Of a stretch of DNA of 27,713 bases, positions 27,541 through 27,713 are shown one piece after another (the stretch's first letter is position 1; every line of letters starts with the position of its first letter). Where the stretch lies: assembly GCA_022567275.1 (NCBI GenBank), contig JADFHH010000001.1, positions 1 to 27,713 of the forward strand, written 5' to 3'. The notes beneath the pieces are model-generated. The model was not told the origin of the DNA. It was given only the letters and a program-made list of their open reading frames with translations, and ran no database searches. The stretch comes from Pseudomonadota bacterium (lineage in GTDB: Bacteria; Pseudomonadota; Alphaproteobacteria; Rhizobiales; Methyloligellaceae). The position numbers and the translations under genes were made by a program.

Positions 27541-27713
27541 TTATAGCGGGAACACGTCGCCTGTGGTTATATGTTTTTCGCTGCCGTCATCCAGAACCAG
27601 TATGAGCGCGCCTTCCCCCGTGAGGCCGCCATAGACGCCCTGCACCCGGCGGTCGCTGAGTTTGACCTGAAGCGGTGCATTTAAGGGCAGCGCGCGCGCC
27701 ATCCAGCGTTCTC
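27541..27713 (-). CDS. birA: 3' end of biotin--[acetyl-CoA carboxylase] ligase (partial)
   Basis: Manual translation of the window end: ERWMARALPLNAPLQVKLSDRRVQGVYGGLTGEGALILVLDDGSEKHITTGDVFPL* fits the BirA C-terminal SH3-like domain; birA-rnj order is usual in Rhizobiales. Confidence 0.8.
   Translation of the reverse strand, partial: ERWMARALPLNAPLQVKLSDRRVQGVYGGLTGEGALILVLDDGSEKHITTGDVFPL

Noticed and set aside
1-27713. CRISPR arrays, tRNA/rRNA genes, IS elements, integrases, defence genes
   Set aside because: No regularly spaced repeats, cloverleaf motifs, terminal inverted repeats or matching ORFs were seen; all long ORFs are accounted for

Overview
A 27.7 kb core-genome segment of an alphaproteobacterium, most likely Hyphomicrobiales/Rhizobiales judging by gene order, LpxI, the short ProRS and the HhH-extended S2. 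gltX and gltA lie on the + strand. They converge on a long minus-strand run that reads, in transcription order: birA (partial)-rnj-mce-DUF1467-[intergenic]-secreted hypothetical-proS-lolC/E-lolD-dnaE-rpsB-tsf-frr-uppS-cdsA-dxr-rseP-bamA-lpxD-fabZ-lpxA-lpxI-lpxB. I found no tRNA, rRNA, CRISPR array, intein or mobile element. Two places depart from the conserved layout. (1) pyrH (UMP kinase, normally essential) is missing between tsf and frr. The 162-bp gap instead holds what looks like an eroded 3' scar of pyrH (…[16 protein letters not shown]…). (2) The DUF1467-proS interval holds an extra secreted orphan gene with an apparently leaderless promoter and a CtrA-like box, an AT-rich palindrome cluster, and a structured + strand element ending in a strong intrinsic terminator with no + strand gene to serve, which suggests an sRNA. 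The rpsB promoter and an S2 leader with pseudoknot topology can also be read from the sequence. All family assignments come from motif recognition and synteny; no database searches were run.
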